Positions 12,030-23,811 of a stretch of 64,000 bases of DNA are shown one piece after another. Numbering within the stretch: the first letter of the stretch is position 1; the number at the start of each line of letters is the position of its first letter. Source of the DNA: Iphione sp. A-MEVVRFRX5 (taxonomy: Eukaryota). The stretch is from contig OZ320317.1 of the NCBI GenBank assembly GCA_976226885.1, positions 7,130,001 to 7,194,000 on the forward strand. The letters run 5' to 3'. The translations under genes were made by a program, and so were the position numbers. The notes below the pieces were generated by a model. It did not search any database, was not told the DNA's origin, and worked only from the letters and a program-made list of their open reading frames with translations.

Positions 12030-12505
12030 AGTATAACCAGATGATTCGGGGCCTAGTCAGATATTTCTAAACTCACATTCCCTAGAATATTTCTGAATGA
12101 TCTAAATACCTATACACACATAAACAGTTAATGGCCTCTATGCTTACATAGCATGGCTATCATCAGTTCATCAGTATACATGGGAGCATAGTTTCTAGTT
12201 CTGCGCTCTAACTTCACTGTCTCATTAGCCTGACCACATAAGTTCCTACAGACACGGAAAAAACTGTGACTTAACTACATGACCCAAAATCATAACCAGA
12301 TGATTTGGGCCTAGTAGGCTAGCTCTAAACTCACATTCTTTAGAGTATTTCCAAAAGATCTAAATATCTGATACACACATAAACAGTCATCGGGCCTAGA
12401 TGCTTACATAGATTGGCTGTCATCAGTTCATGGGAGCACAGTTTCTAATTCTGCACTCTAACTTCACTGTCTCATTAGCCTGCCTACATAAGTTCCTACA
12501 GACAA
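12030..12505. repeat. Diverged tandem duplication of a ~250-bp block
   Basis: TAAACTCACATT...CTAACTTCACTGTCTCATTAGCCTG...CATAAGTTCCTACAGAC appears twice, offset by ~255 bp. Confidence 0.85.
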
Positions 12506-12614
12506 GGATTAAATTGTTACTTAACTACAGTCGAGTTGAACTAGAAATGATATGTCTAGTTGTACATTGAGCACTTTTACATTGGTATATGAACATATCT
12601 CAAACTATTCTTTG

Positions 12615-12830
12615 GGGAGTCGTGGAGTGGTATATTAACATTGTCATCACAAGCCATTTGTTGCAGGAGTTGTGGAGTGGTATATTAACATACATATCAC
12701 AAGCTATTCGTGGTGAGCATCATGGAGTGGTATATTAACATATATATCACAAGCTATTCGTAGTGGAGTCATGGAGTGGGAGGCCTATATTAACTTACAT
12801 GTCAAAAGCCATTCATGGTGGGAGTTGTGG
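12615..12830. repeat. ~48-bp minisatellite (~5 copies) just 3' of the GPCR stop
   Basis: GGAGTGGTATATTAACAT...ATCACAAGC(C/T)ATT repeats. Confidence 0.8.
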
Positions 12831-12837
12831 GGTCATT

Positions 12838-15710
12838 TTAGGAGTTGACATTGGTGGTCATAGTTGGGCCGACTGTGGTGCCACCTAGAGTACCAATGCC
12901 TAACCTCGTCTCATCGACGAAGTAGATGGCGTAGATCTTGGGCAGGTACAGACAGAGGAGACTGACCGAGGGCACGATGAAGAGGCAGCTGGCCAGCAGC
13001 ACCACCTGGTGGACGGAGTAGAAGGCGGTGAAATAGGCGGGCAAGAAGACCATCAGCAAGAAGGTGGTGGTGGAGACAGAGACGAAGATGTACCAGGACT
13101 CGTTGAAGTTGCCCGGCAGTTTGCGGGTGAGGAAGCCATACACGGCACACAGGAGGATGAGGAACAGGTTAAAGGCGAGCGGGGGCAGGAAGCCATTGAG
13201 CGCCTGGTGGCAGTACAGCTCCACGTACCTCTCGGTAGGCAGGGGCATGCGCAGACTGGCGGTAGGGGGCGTCATGATGCCAGTCGTCACAACGATGACA
13301 ACCTGAACAGAAACTACAGGTGAAAATAGATGGCGTAAAGTAGGCTACTAATTCATCACATTTCCTAAAACCGACTTACTCTTAGCCCTGAGGGAGGCGA
13401 CATTTTACGATGTGACGAACATCAATTGATGACACTCAGTGACAGTAGCCTGAGTAGGCCAATTTTGTAAAATATATACATGTACCGGTATATCATTTAG
13501 ACAAATGGCAAAGCAAATATATCTAAAAATCAAACCTGTATAAGAAGCAAGAATAGACAAATAGTCATCTGAGCCCGGGACTCGATGAAGCGGGGTTTCT
13601 GGGTTCCTTTTCGTCCGGCGGAGAAGATGCGGTAAATACGGTTTGTTTTGACTAATAATGGCGCGTAGATGGCGGAGACGGTGAGGCTGAAGGCGAAGCG
13701 GTTGACGGCGCACGTCACGTCGCTGGGTTTCACGACGTAAAAGACAATGGTGACGTAGGCGAAGAGGATGCCGGCCAGGATGACGGAGCTCAGTTCGCGA
13801 CTGGAGGCTTTGATTAGACGGTTGTTACGCTGTGCCACGTAAACGAGGGCGGTGAGGAATGATAGCAGGACCCCGAGTCCAGCCAGGAGCAGCAGGCTGA
13901 GCGAGATGGTGTCCGTGAAGCGGAGGAAGGTGGGCGCGATGGGTCGGCAGACCGTCTGACTCGCCTCGTCCGGCCACGTCAGCGACGGGCAACTCTCGCA
14001 CGCCGTGAGGTTCTCCGCGAGACGTTCGTTGGAGCGACAATGGCGGCAGTCCCAGCAGCAAGGCAGTTCCCGCCGGACGTAGTACTCCTTGGAGGCGCAC
14101 GGGTAGCTGCAGACCGACTCCGGCACAGACGGCTGGGAGTGTTCCGCCTCTCCGTCTCCCTCCGTGGATGACCAACCCGCGAAGACGTCCCAGTTCAGCA
14201 GCCGCTCGTTGACCTGGATAGAGTTGCTCTCCTGACTCCACACCGCCACCTCCACAAACACCTGCGGGGCGTCGTGTATGTACTGACGGAGGGAGTACGA
14301 GCCAATCATATCTCCCATGGAATCAAACTTGATGTTTGTACTGTAGCCTTCAAAGGACACCTTCCTCAGGTAGGGAAGTAGCTCCTTCCCTTTCACGCAG
14401 TCACGCAGGACCGTCTTGTCTTGAAATGCTAGAGGACATCTCTCCTCGATCAATGCTTGAATGGCTAGGGCGAACACGAGAGGAGCATCCATGACTGTCG
14501 ACACCTTCTGTCCGACATCTTGATCACGGAAGGGAACGTTCGCAAACTCCGCACAGGATCTGCGACTTTGACTTTGCCCCTTGTCGTCAGTGACGCTGGT
14601 ATTGGCTGGATCGGTCCACGAGCAGTCATAAAGAACTTCCCAGAGATCCTCCATCCACGGGTTGTGTGGGTTGTTGACGGGGGTGAGTCCCAGGTAGTAG
14701 CTCTCGAAGCTGGGAACGCGGCGTCCGGTGAAATGGATGACCATAGCGCCATCTACCGGCGCGCCGTAGTCCGTGTCACTCATGGTGTCGCCCCCTACGA
14801 TCATGAAGTACCCGCGAAGGTCGAGGCGTGCCAGGCTGGTCACCAGCATGTCAAGGTGGAAGGGCTCGAGGAAGAGGATCATGGCGCGGGCTCTGCCGTG
14901 GGCTGCCAACCGGCTGAGTAGCTCGTCCATCTCCTCGGGGAGCAACTCGGAGGCGACCATCTCGGCCGCCGCGAAGCACACGCCCTTCTCCGGGGCGCCG
15001 CGAGCCGTCAGCTTGCCCGCGTTCTCGCCGTAGCTGCCCTCGGAGTAGAGCAAGAAGGCGTAGGTCCAGCCGAAATGGACGAGCAAATCCAACATGGCGG
15101 CGGCCTGGAAGCGGTCGGGCGGCACCAGGCGCAGGTAGTACTCGAAGCGGGACTTGTCGCTGAGTTCGTCGCTGGTGGAGAAGTCGGCGACGACGGGGAG
15201 CTGGAAGATGGACATGAGGCTGGAGAGGAGGACGGCCTCGCGGCTCGAGGCCGGACCCGCCACGCCCACCACCTCATAACGCTGGGGTTCGGGCTCGCAC
15301 TCGTCAGAGGCCGCCACCGTCGACAGGTCGGCGGCCGGGTCGGGAATGAGGTAGGTGGCCCGGGCGAGGCAGGCCAGGTCGCGACCACACGTGTCCATGA
15401 TGACGAAGCCGAGGGAGACGTTAGGGAGGAGGTCGGCGCGGGCGTTCACCTGCCGTACACTGTAGACGAAGGCCTCCACATACTTGAGCCTGTCAGCCGT
15501 GTAGAGGTCACCCGTACAGAGGACACCACTGCCAGGCCGACCTTGAGAGGTCACCTGCACCATGAAGGCCAGGTTCAGGTCGCGTTGCTCGGCGTAGCAG
15601 TCCATAGGGAGACCCGGCACCACCTGTACCCCCAGCACAGCACGCAGGACCAACCCCGCCAGCGTGACCAACGCGAGGAGGACCTTCCCGGTCGGCACGG
15701 GGGGCGCCAT
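12838..15710 (-). CDS. Class C GPCR, metabotropic glutamate receptor-like (signal peptide, Venus flytrap, Cys-rich domain, 7TM), ~879 aa
   Basis: Exon 15710-13536 and exon 13302-12838, with a phase-0 intron (CAG|GTTTGA...TTCAG). Motifs LLPNVSLG..IMDTC, STSDELSDKSRF, VPPD, PESVCSYPC..CCWDC, KASSRELS, KTNRIYRIF and TRKLPGNFNES. Confidence 0.92.
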
Positions 15711-16894
15711 CTTGGCACGGGGCACACGCAGAGTGTGTTGACTTGTCTCCGGAAACGGCGGTTTTAAACGGACAGAGCGGCTCGTTAGGACAGGTTCAGG
15801 AGCCTCTCATTGACTGATGGAGTCTCGGATGATTGATTGATTGATGGAGGCTTAAGACATTGGCTAGCGGGGAGTGGGGGGGGGGTGAGGAAAGGGAATG
15901 ATTAATCCATACCAAGGTTAAAAGTGGTCTTACCCTTTGAAACAAAGTTGGCGATACTACCCAAACCAAATCAACAACCAACTTACAACGGTCAGAGAGA
16001 ATCCTATACAGTAGGCTGTGAAGTAAACGTTGCTTTTCGACGCCAAAGAAATCACTTCCATTAACTGTATTGATTCCGTTGTCCGAGAATATTGCATGCT
16101 TCACCATAAGCCGCCTCGTCTGTAGAAATGTCATTGATTACCGTGGCACTAGAACACGTGTCAGCGGACAACAGAAGTGGGGAAATCAAAACTTTACTTG
16201 AGCGAAGTACAATATGCATCCTTTCCATAACTAACAGCAAAGTCATCCAAACAGGTGAGATTATAACAGGTAACATCTCAGCACTTTGAGAAATCTGTCT
16301 AAAGGAACAAGAACATGCTTATCTGGCACCGATGTCGATATGCTGAATGGGTAGGATTCCAACACTAATTCCTCTCTCTCTCTGAGGAGGAGAAAATGGT
16401 AAATACATGTATTCTTAGCATAGTCTGTCTCTGTCTCTATATCTCTGTCTATGTACAGTGCAATCTCACTAATATGGACAGTAAAGAGACTGGCAAGATA
16501 CGTTGCACAAGGTTTGATTGAAGTTGCAGCGTGGATTAAAAGATGTGTTGGGATGGACCACACAAAATGGCTGAACTATAAATAGGGAGAAAACTTCTTA
16601 CATGCGTTTTGGTAAAAGTAAGAACTTTGAATTGGATCTAACCCGGGGGGGGGGGGTTATAGCAACTTAAAAACAAACCCAGTGCGAAATCCTTGGGTAT
16701 TTGATTGATCAAAACCTACACCGAAAGCCAATTGTGGCAGCTTCAGTGAAAAAAAAAGTCAGGGGGCGCAGTTATATATTACTTGGTGAGCAAAATGAGC
16801 AAGTTAGCAAGCTTTCATAATAGAGCCAGAGTATTTGAAGCGTCTCCAGTGTATGACCACTCATCTTAGGGTCATATTATGTATAATTTACTAT

Positions 16895-18130
16895 CGATTA
16901 CCAACCACCCCTCCAGGCTGTATAAGGCTTCTTTCCTCTATTGTGGACCACCCTCCAGGCTGTATAAGGCTTCTTTCCTCTATCGTGGACCACCTTCCAG
17001 GCTGTATAAGGCTTCTATCCTCTATCGTGGACCACCCCTCCAGGCTGCATAAGGCTTCTTTCCCCTATCATGGACCACCCTCCAGGCTGTATAAAGCTTC
17101 TTTCCTCTATCGTGGACCACCCTCCAGGCTGCATACGGCTTCTTTCCTCTATCGTGGACCACCCCTCCAGGCTGTATAAGGCTTCTTTCCTCTATCGTGG
17201 ACCACCCTCGAGGCTGTATAAGACTTCTTTCCTCCATGGTCGACCACCCTCTAGGCTGTATAAAACTTCTTTCCTCTATCACGGACCACCCTCCAGGCTG
17301 TATAAAGCTTCTTTCCTCTATCGTGGACCACCCTCAAGGCTGTATAAGACTTCTTTCCTCCATGGTCGACCACCCTCTAGGCTGTATAAAACTTCTTTCC
17401 TCTATCACGGACCACCCTCCAGGCTGTATAAAGCTTCTTTCCTCTATCGTGGACCACACTCCAGGCTGTATAAGGCTTTTCTTCTATCGTGGACCACCCT
17501 CCAGGCTGTATAAAACTTTTTTTTTCCTTACATGTATAAGGCTTCTTTCCTCTATCGTGGACCACCCTCCAGGCTGTATAAAGCTTCTTTCCTCTATTGT
17601 AGACCACCCTCCAGGCTGTATAAGGCTTCTTTCCTCTATCGTGGACCATCCTCCAGGCTGTATAAGACTTCTTTCCTCTATCGTGGACCACCCTCCAGGC
17701 TGTATAGGACTTCTTTCCTCTATCGTGGACCACCCTCCAGGCTGTATAAAGCTTCTTTCCTCTATCGTGGACCACACTCCAGGCTGTATAAGGCTTTTCT
17801 TCTATCGTGGACCACACTCCAGGCTGTATAAAACTTTTTTTTTCCTTACATGTATAAGGCTTCTTTCCTCTATCGTGGACCACCCTCCAGGCTGTATAAG
17901 ACTTCTTTCCTCTATTGTGGATCACCATTCAGGCTGTATAAGTCTTCTTTCCTCTATTGTGGACCACCCCTCCAGGCTGTATAAGGCTTCTTTCCTCTAT
18001 CATGGACCACCCTCCAGGCTGTATAAGGCTTCTTTCCTCTATTGTGGACCACCCTCCAGGCTGTATAAGACTTCTTTCCTCTATTGTGGACCACCATTCA
18101 GGCTGTATAAGGCTTCTTTCCTCTATTGTG
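16895..18130. repeat. 42-bp minisatellite, ~29 copies, with higher-order blocks
   Basis: The unit CCTCCAGGCTGTATAAGGCTTCTTTCCTCTATCGTGGACCAC repeats continuously. Confidence 0.97.
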
Positions 18131-18448
18131 GAATGGAAAAATGGAATCAACTGCCTTGTCAACTAAAACGCTGTTAGTAGCCAAAAAAGTTCCCTGGTCT
18201 AGTCAGAGCTGTAAAGAGATAAAGAATGCATGTTCATAAATGCTTCAACATAGAAAGCATTATTCTAAGGATGGCAGATACTATAATGTTATAGACAGAG
18301 ACATATAGCTACTAACATTTCCTTTTTCCGGTAAAAGGGAGGTTCCAATTTAAAATGTCCTGTATTAACATTCCCACTCGTTTATCTTAACTTTAACTTT
18401 TTTTTATTTTCAGTGTTTACCAGAAGAATTTGGGATTGTATCTGAGAA

Positions 18449-21400
18449 GTGAATAAACATATCCTTATCCTTATATCTGTATCCATACAGCCACCAGAAA
18501 CCCTGACGACTGACTCAGGCCTGGTTTCCTTGTGTTTCCCCTGCCCCAGGCTTAACCGTCCTTCGGCAGCCGCATTCCCCGAGGCACTACAGGTGTACGC
18601 TTCTACCGATTCCTCCCTAGGGGGGGCCCTCGCAGGCCCCTTCAAGTCGCCTCCATTCACCCCTTGGTGCCACACCTCCCCAGTCATGACGAGACCAAAA
18701 GCCTCCGGTCGCAGGAGGATTATAGTGGAGCTCTCATATCCCGTGGAGGCCAATGTCTCCCTTGGAGCTCCACTAAGTCACTCCCTCCCCATGGTTTCCC
18801 AGCTCGTGGAGCACCTGTCCACCATGGATCCTGGTGCCTTCCTAGCCGTCATAAATCTCCAGAGGGAAAACCGCCACTTCCCAGTTTGCCCCCTGGACTG
18901 GCCTCTATTGGCCCTCTGGCTCCTGGAGGACACCTACGGTGACCTAGCCCTCCCCCTTTGGAGCCAGGCAGAGTGCATTCTATATGCAACAGATAGCTGA
19001 GTTCATCATCCACCACCTCCGGTCCAGGGGAGTCCCAGGGTATATGTACCTGGATGACATTGCTCTCCTGGCCTCATCCATGGAGGCTGCCACCGCAGCA
19101 GTGCAGACCACCCCGTTGCTCCTCCAGAGCCAGGGCCTGGCGGTTGCCCTGGACAAGCTCCAGCACCCGACAACATCAGCCACCTGGCTAGGAATAGCTT
19201 TTGACACCATTGAGGGCACCCTCACCATCCCAGTTCCGAAGCTCCAGCAGTACATCTCGGCATTCGCTGGAGTGGTGGTGGCCCCATCCCTGAGCCTCCA
19301 TGAGTACCAGGCCATCCTAGGCAAGGTTAACCACCTCTCCAAGGCAGTACACCCAGCCAGACTCTACATACCCAGGCTCCTAGCCAACCTCCCGGCCACC
19401 CACCCCCCCAAGCCCCATACACCTAGACCACCATGCCCGCATGGACCTCTAATGGCTCCATGCATTTACACAGAGGTTCAATGGAGTCTCATACTTCAGG
19501 CCGCACCCCCGGACATGACAATAGAGGCAGACTCATGCCTGGATGGTGTGGGAGCCTCAGACGGAGCTTGCTGCTGTGCCTTCACCTGGCCCTGGGACCT
19601 GATTGACGACCACCTTATCTCTCAGCTGGAGGTGATCAACTGCCTGGTCACCCTCAGTACCTTCCTCCCGTACCTTCCCTCCTGGCTCCATGGTCCAAGT
19701 CCTATGTGACAACTCTGCTGCAGTGGCAGAGCACTCCACAGGCTGGGGCAGAGACCTGGTCCTCCTCGCTTGCACCAGAGCCATATGGATGGAGGTGGAG
19801 CTCGGGAGCATCAAGGTAGAATTCCAGCACCACCCCGGTGCCGCAATAATCCTAGTGGATGTGCTGAACTGTGCCTCTACCGCCCTGGTCTCCCACGCCC
19901 TAGCTGCCTGCCTGGTTGCAGAGGCCTCTCTTTGATTTATCAATATCTTCCCCTTGACATACGACTATTCCATGTTTCTTTAAGATAGAAACCCAATATA
20001 AAACACTCCTCTCCAGGGCAGAGCTCATGATCAGTGCCTGCATCTGCCTGGGCACCAGGTGCAAACTTCTCCTCTGCCATCAACAAGTTCCTCACCTTAA
20101 CACTCTTCACAGTGAGGTACAACATCCACCCTGCAGATCCCAAACCACAGGATATCTGCACGTTCATCAAGGCTTGCGCCCAATCCGCCACCATGGCGGT
20201 CTGTGGTGAACATGGTCGGAGCCATCTGGGGTAAAGACACGCTCCACTCCGCCTGGACCTCGAAGCTTGTTGCTAGTGGCACCCCCTGGTCAGTCCCAGC
20301 CAGGTGTAACATGGGACCTTCTTCTCTACACCTGTGTGGTCCTCCAGGGTGGACGGGACAGCCCTGCCATAACAACTGGGCTCTTCCTCCAGTTCGCCAC
20401 CCTTCTGCGCCAGTCCCAATTCTACACCAGAGCTGTAAGTGTTATATCTCAGACATTCGGACAAGTGGACGTTCGGGTGTTCGGACGTCCGAACCATGGA
20501 CATCATATTGCTGACAATAAACTGTAATTTGGCATACCATGAATTATGCCTACATCATGGATATAATTATTTGTACCTGTGAAACATCTTGATGAGAGTA
20601 CTTCTATAATTGTTATGTCCTTTAATGTAACATTAAGAAAGAGAGTTCCCTTGTACAGTGTATAGATATAAGCTTATAACCGTGGATCCTCATCTCAGAC
20701 AACAGGTGTGTCATGTTACGACGTGGCGCCACCGACAGCCTGGGAATCGACTTCTCACACACCAGTAGACACTCATAAACTTTGTACAGGTGACAGGTTA
20801 GTCTAAACAAACATTGTATTGGAATGAGGATTTTGAGGCACCTCCAGGATGGATGTTGATAGGTTTCGCATCCATTATCGAAGGGTGCTAAGGTGGGACC
20901 AAGGGTTAATGTGATTCTTGACCAGTCCTGACCCAGGGCACGCACCCAGATCAGAGGTCGGACGAACTATGACGTAAGGTTATGATATGTCACAAACTTT
21001 GTGCTTAAGGTTATGAACTATGACCAAAGGGTTACCAACCCGTGACATGGGGCCATGAACTATCTGTATATAATGACTCGATCTCCTCCCACTTTTCGGA
21101 GAGCTCCTGGCGACCACCTGTAAGCGTCTACTGTCTGTAATAAAGATCAACTAACTTGGAAGCCTGTGTCGTGTTGAGTTGTGTTACACTGTGTTTGGGA
21201 CTGTGGGAGACTGTGGGAGACACAAAAACGCATATCAATGCTCACAGATGTCTCCCCCACCTCTCCGCACTGTTCTGCAGGTATGGAAACCGAGCCTTAC
21301 TGACCAAGGGTGGAGAGTGGTGAAAGAGGACCCCTGTGGCTGCCTGCTCACTGGTCGAGGGTGGAGCTTGACTGTTAGTGGCTGGCTGGCAGCTGGGTGC

Positions 21401-21470
21401 TTCCACCTGATTCCCTCCCGCTCTGACCCCTCCCCCTTGGGCATTTGCAGTCACAGCACAGCGCCCTAGC
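18449..21470 (+). mobile_element. Degenerate DIRS-order (tyrosine recombinase) retrotransposon: RT, RNase H and YR fragments
   Basis: Frameshifted ORFs: MTRPKASGRRRIIVELSYP and DWPLL (RT N-part); YMYLDD and TWLGIAFDT (RT); IEADSCLDGVG, ISQLEVIN, LCDNSAAV and HHPG (RNase H); AWAPG and LFLQFATLLRQSQF (YR first Arg box). Confidence 0.8.
20714..21188 (+). mobile_element. Solo-LTR-like segment inside the YR region
   Basis: TGTTAC...GTTACA ends, TATATAA at ~21067 and AATAAA at ~21139. No clean TSD was found. Confidence 0.4.
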
Positions 21471-22899
21471 TCCCACGGTTGTTCCAACCCTACCTCCCAC
21501 TTTGGAAGAAAAAAAAACTATCCTTCCTGTGGAACAGTTTACAGTCATGTTTTCTACTGTAGTTTTAAACAAATTGACACTCGTATAGTATATTAATTTG
21601 GGCATCACAGCTATACAACATTGACCATAGTGGCCTGTGACTATGAAATTACCAAGAACAGCTAAATTACATTTCATCACCAAATCATTAGGCCTAAAAA
21701 AAATCTGTTTCCGGTAACATCAATTTCAGTCAGTAAGTTTTATTAGAAGTCAGCTTTACTCAGCCTTGCCCTTTTGCCATCGAAACCAAGAGGCTATACC
21801 AAAATATTCTTGAAATACTATGCTATATTTGGTATCTTACAATGTTATGTACCTGAGTAAAAGAAGTAACCCAGCATCTACTGAGGACTAAGCATTAAAC
21901 AATGGTGTAGAGTGCTTGGTGAGAGATTATGCCAGGAAGTTTAGGTGTTTGGATGTAGTCTCAACCCAACTGGCTAAATCTCCCCACCAAGCATGATACA
22001 AAATAATTTTAGCATATTACGTGATTATGAAATTATTTACATCAATTCCAGTTAATAACATAGTATGAGCCACCTCAGAGACTTCAGATCTATTTATAGT
22101 AACATTTGGCACTAAGCAGCCCGAAAGAGTACCTCAGTAACAAGAAAGTTTCAATATTTACCCCTGAAGAAGGCCACCATAGTGCCAAAACATCAGGATT
22201 ATTTTGAATAAAGCCTACAATAAAAACTCAACTCTTGTGCTTTGTTGGTGTGTTTATTTGTCTACATAATGATACAAAATAGTTAAATGCTGTTCTGATA
22301 TGGTTATAAGTGACATATTAAGGTTTTGAATGATAATTTAGTGAAAATAATACCTTTAAAAAGGGTACTGGTGATCTTTCTTTGGCTATAATTATATGCT
22401 CTCTGCTTTATCGAATGATGACATTAAGTATGTGCACTGTATTTTGTGAACATGCACTTTGTGAGAGGATGACTTCATTTCAAAAAAGTACAGAATTAAA
22501 TGCTCAGAATGCCTGAATTAAGTCTCTAATGTGTGCACATATGCTTTATTTTGTCCATTTTATGGTTTTTGATGGCAAAAATTACCTTTCATGCCATTTT
22601 TTCCCAAATTCAATCTGACAAGATGTCTGCCATTTTCTCCCTTAAATTTGAATGGAAACAAATGACTTTTGTGCCCATCTAATGAAACGAAATGTTATAA
22701 ATTTTATACAGTACATTAGTCTACAGTTTAACCCTTTAACCACCAACAATGGTAAAATGCCTTGCCGCTTTGTTGTAGCTATATGCTGTAGCAATCTGCC
22801 AGAAGAGGAGAAAAAATTCCTTTGGTGTAGATGGTTTAAAATCAGGGAGGAGCGTCAACTTGCAATGCATGTCCTGGTTGAAAGAAATATTTTGGACGT

Positions 22900-23150
22900 A
22901 TGCCACCTAAATAGGCAAGAGTATGGATGCCTGATTCTTTTAGATATGAAGAAGGCATTTGACATTGTATGTCGAAATAGTGTCCTGTCTAAGCTGAGAA
23001 GGCTAGGTGTGGGTGGTAAGCTACTTAGAATGATAGGTAGCTATCTAAGCAGTAGAAAGCAGTATGTGAGGATTCAAGGAATGACGTCCGATCTTAGAGC
23101 AGTGGATCATGGTGTGCCCCAGGGGCCTGTTTTTTGACCCCTATGATATG
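22900..23150 (+). pseudogene. CR1/L2-type LINE RT fragment
   Basis: LDMKKAFD...LSKL...G..LLRMIGSYLSSRKQYVRI...GVPQG. Confidence 0.85.
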
Positions 23151-23188
23151 GATGATGAGATATATGATGAAGCTGAGAATGGTTAATA

Positions 23189-23811
23189 CAGTACACTCCC
23201 TGCCTGTAGACGCGTCTCGGAAGCGGACGCATCCCCAATGCGGACGATTTGACGCAGAACTGACTGAGTTCCTATAGTTAACCATTATAAGCTAACGTCT
23301 TGAATGCGGACAGCCAAATTTTACACATGCCCCCCTGTAGACAGCAACTGTTGCGCGACAATTTTTCACAAGTGGAGCCAAATCAACATCAGCACACGGA
23401 CCCCCTGAACCCCCCGAAGTCGCTGTACCTTTGATTTTCGCGTGGACAACAGTTAAATTTGTCACCTCGAGTGGCTCAAAGACTCTGGTAATAGGGAAAG
23501 CAGCCAAGCCAAGGTGTTGGCGCAATGTAAAAGACATGGCATCACTCCCTGTAGTGTGGCGGAGTAATAAACGTGCATGGATGACTACAGTCTTATTTGA
23601 GGTGTGGCTCCACAGCTTTATTGCTAAATAAATTACTAAACTAAAGCCTGTCTTGTATTTGGTCTGTATATCATTTGTAGAGAGGGAGGGAGAACGCGAT
23701 TTCATTTTCAAGTTTGACCCCCCCTGTATACCGATCTCCAATGTGGACGCGTCTCAAATGCGGACGGTTTGGATCAGAACGGTGGGTGTCCGGAATGGAG
23801 AGAGTGTACTG
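23189..23811 (+). mobile_element. Internally deleted pogo/Tigger (Tc1-mariner) element
   Basis: TIRs CAGTACACTCCC / GAGAGTGTACTG with TA on both flanks. Internal LVIGKAAKPRC...LPVVWRSNKRAWMT..LFEVWL is typical of pogo-type DDE transposases. Confidence 0.88.

Noticed and set aside
17197-18177. 326-aa repeat ORF, and the similar 282-aa ORF at 62612-63460
   Set aside because: Open frames are explained by minisatellite periodicity; there is no splice or start context and no domain.
8110-21718. Perfect 16-bp inverted match (GTTACCGGAAACAGAT at 8110; ATCTGTTTCCGGTAAC at 21703) suggesting a 13.6-kb element
   Set aside because: Flanking context suggests the two ends face outward, so they are more likely separate relics of a common MITE family.
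22757-22855. THAP-like peptide MPCRFVVAICCSN...W after a TTAACCCTTT end
   Set aside because: The key Cys/His pattern is incomplete and no partner end was found; too weak to call.
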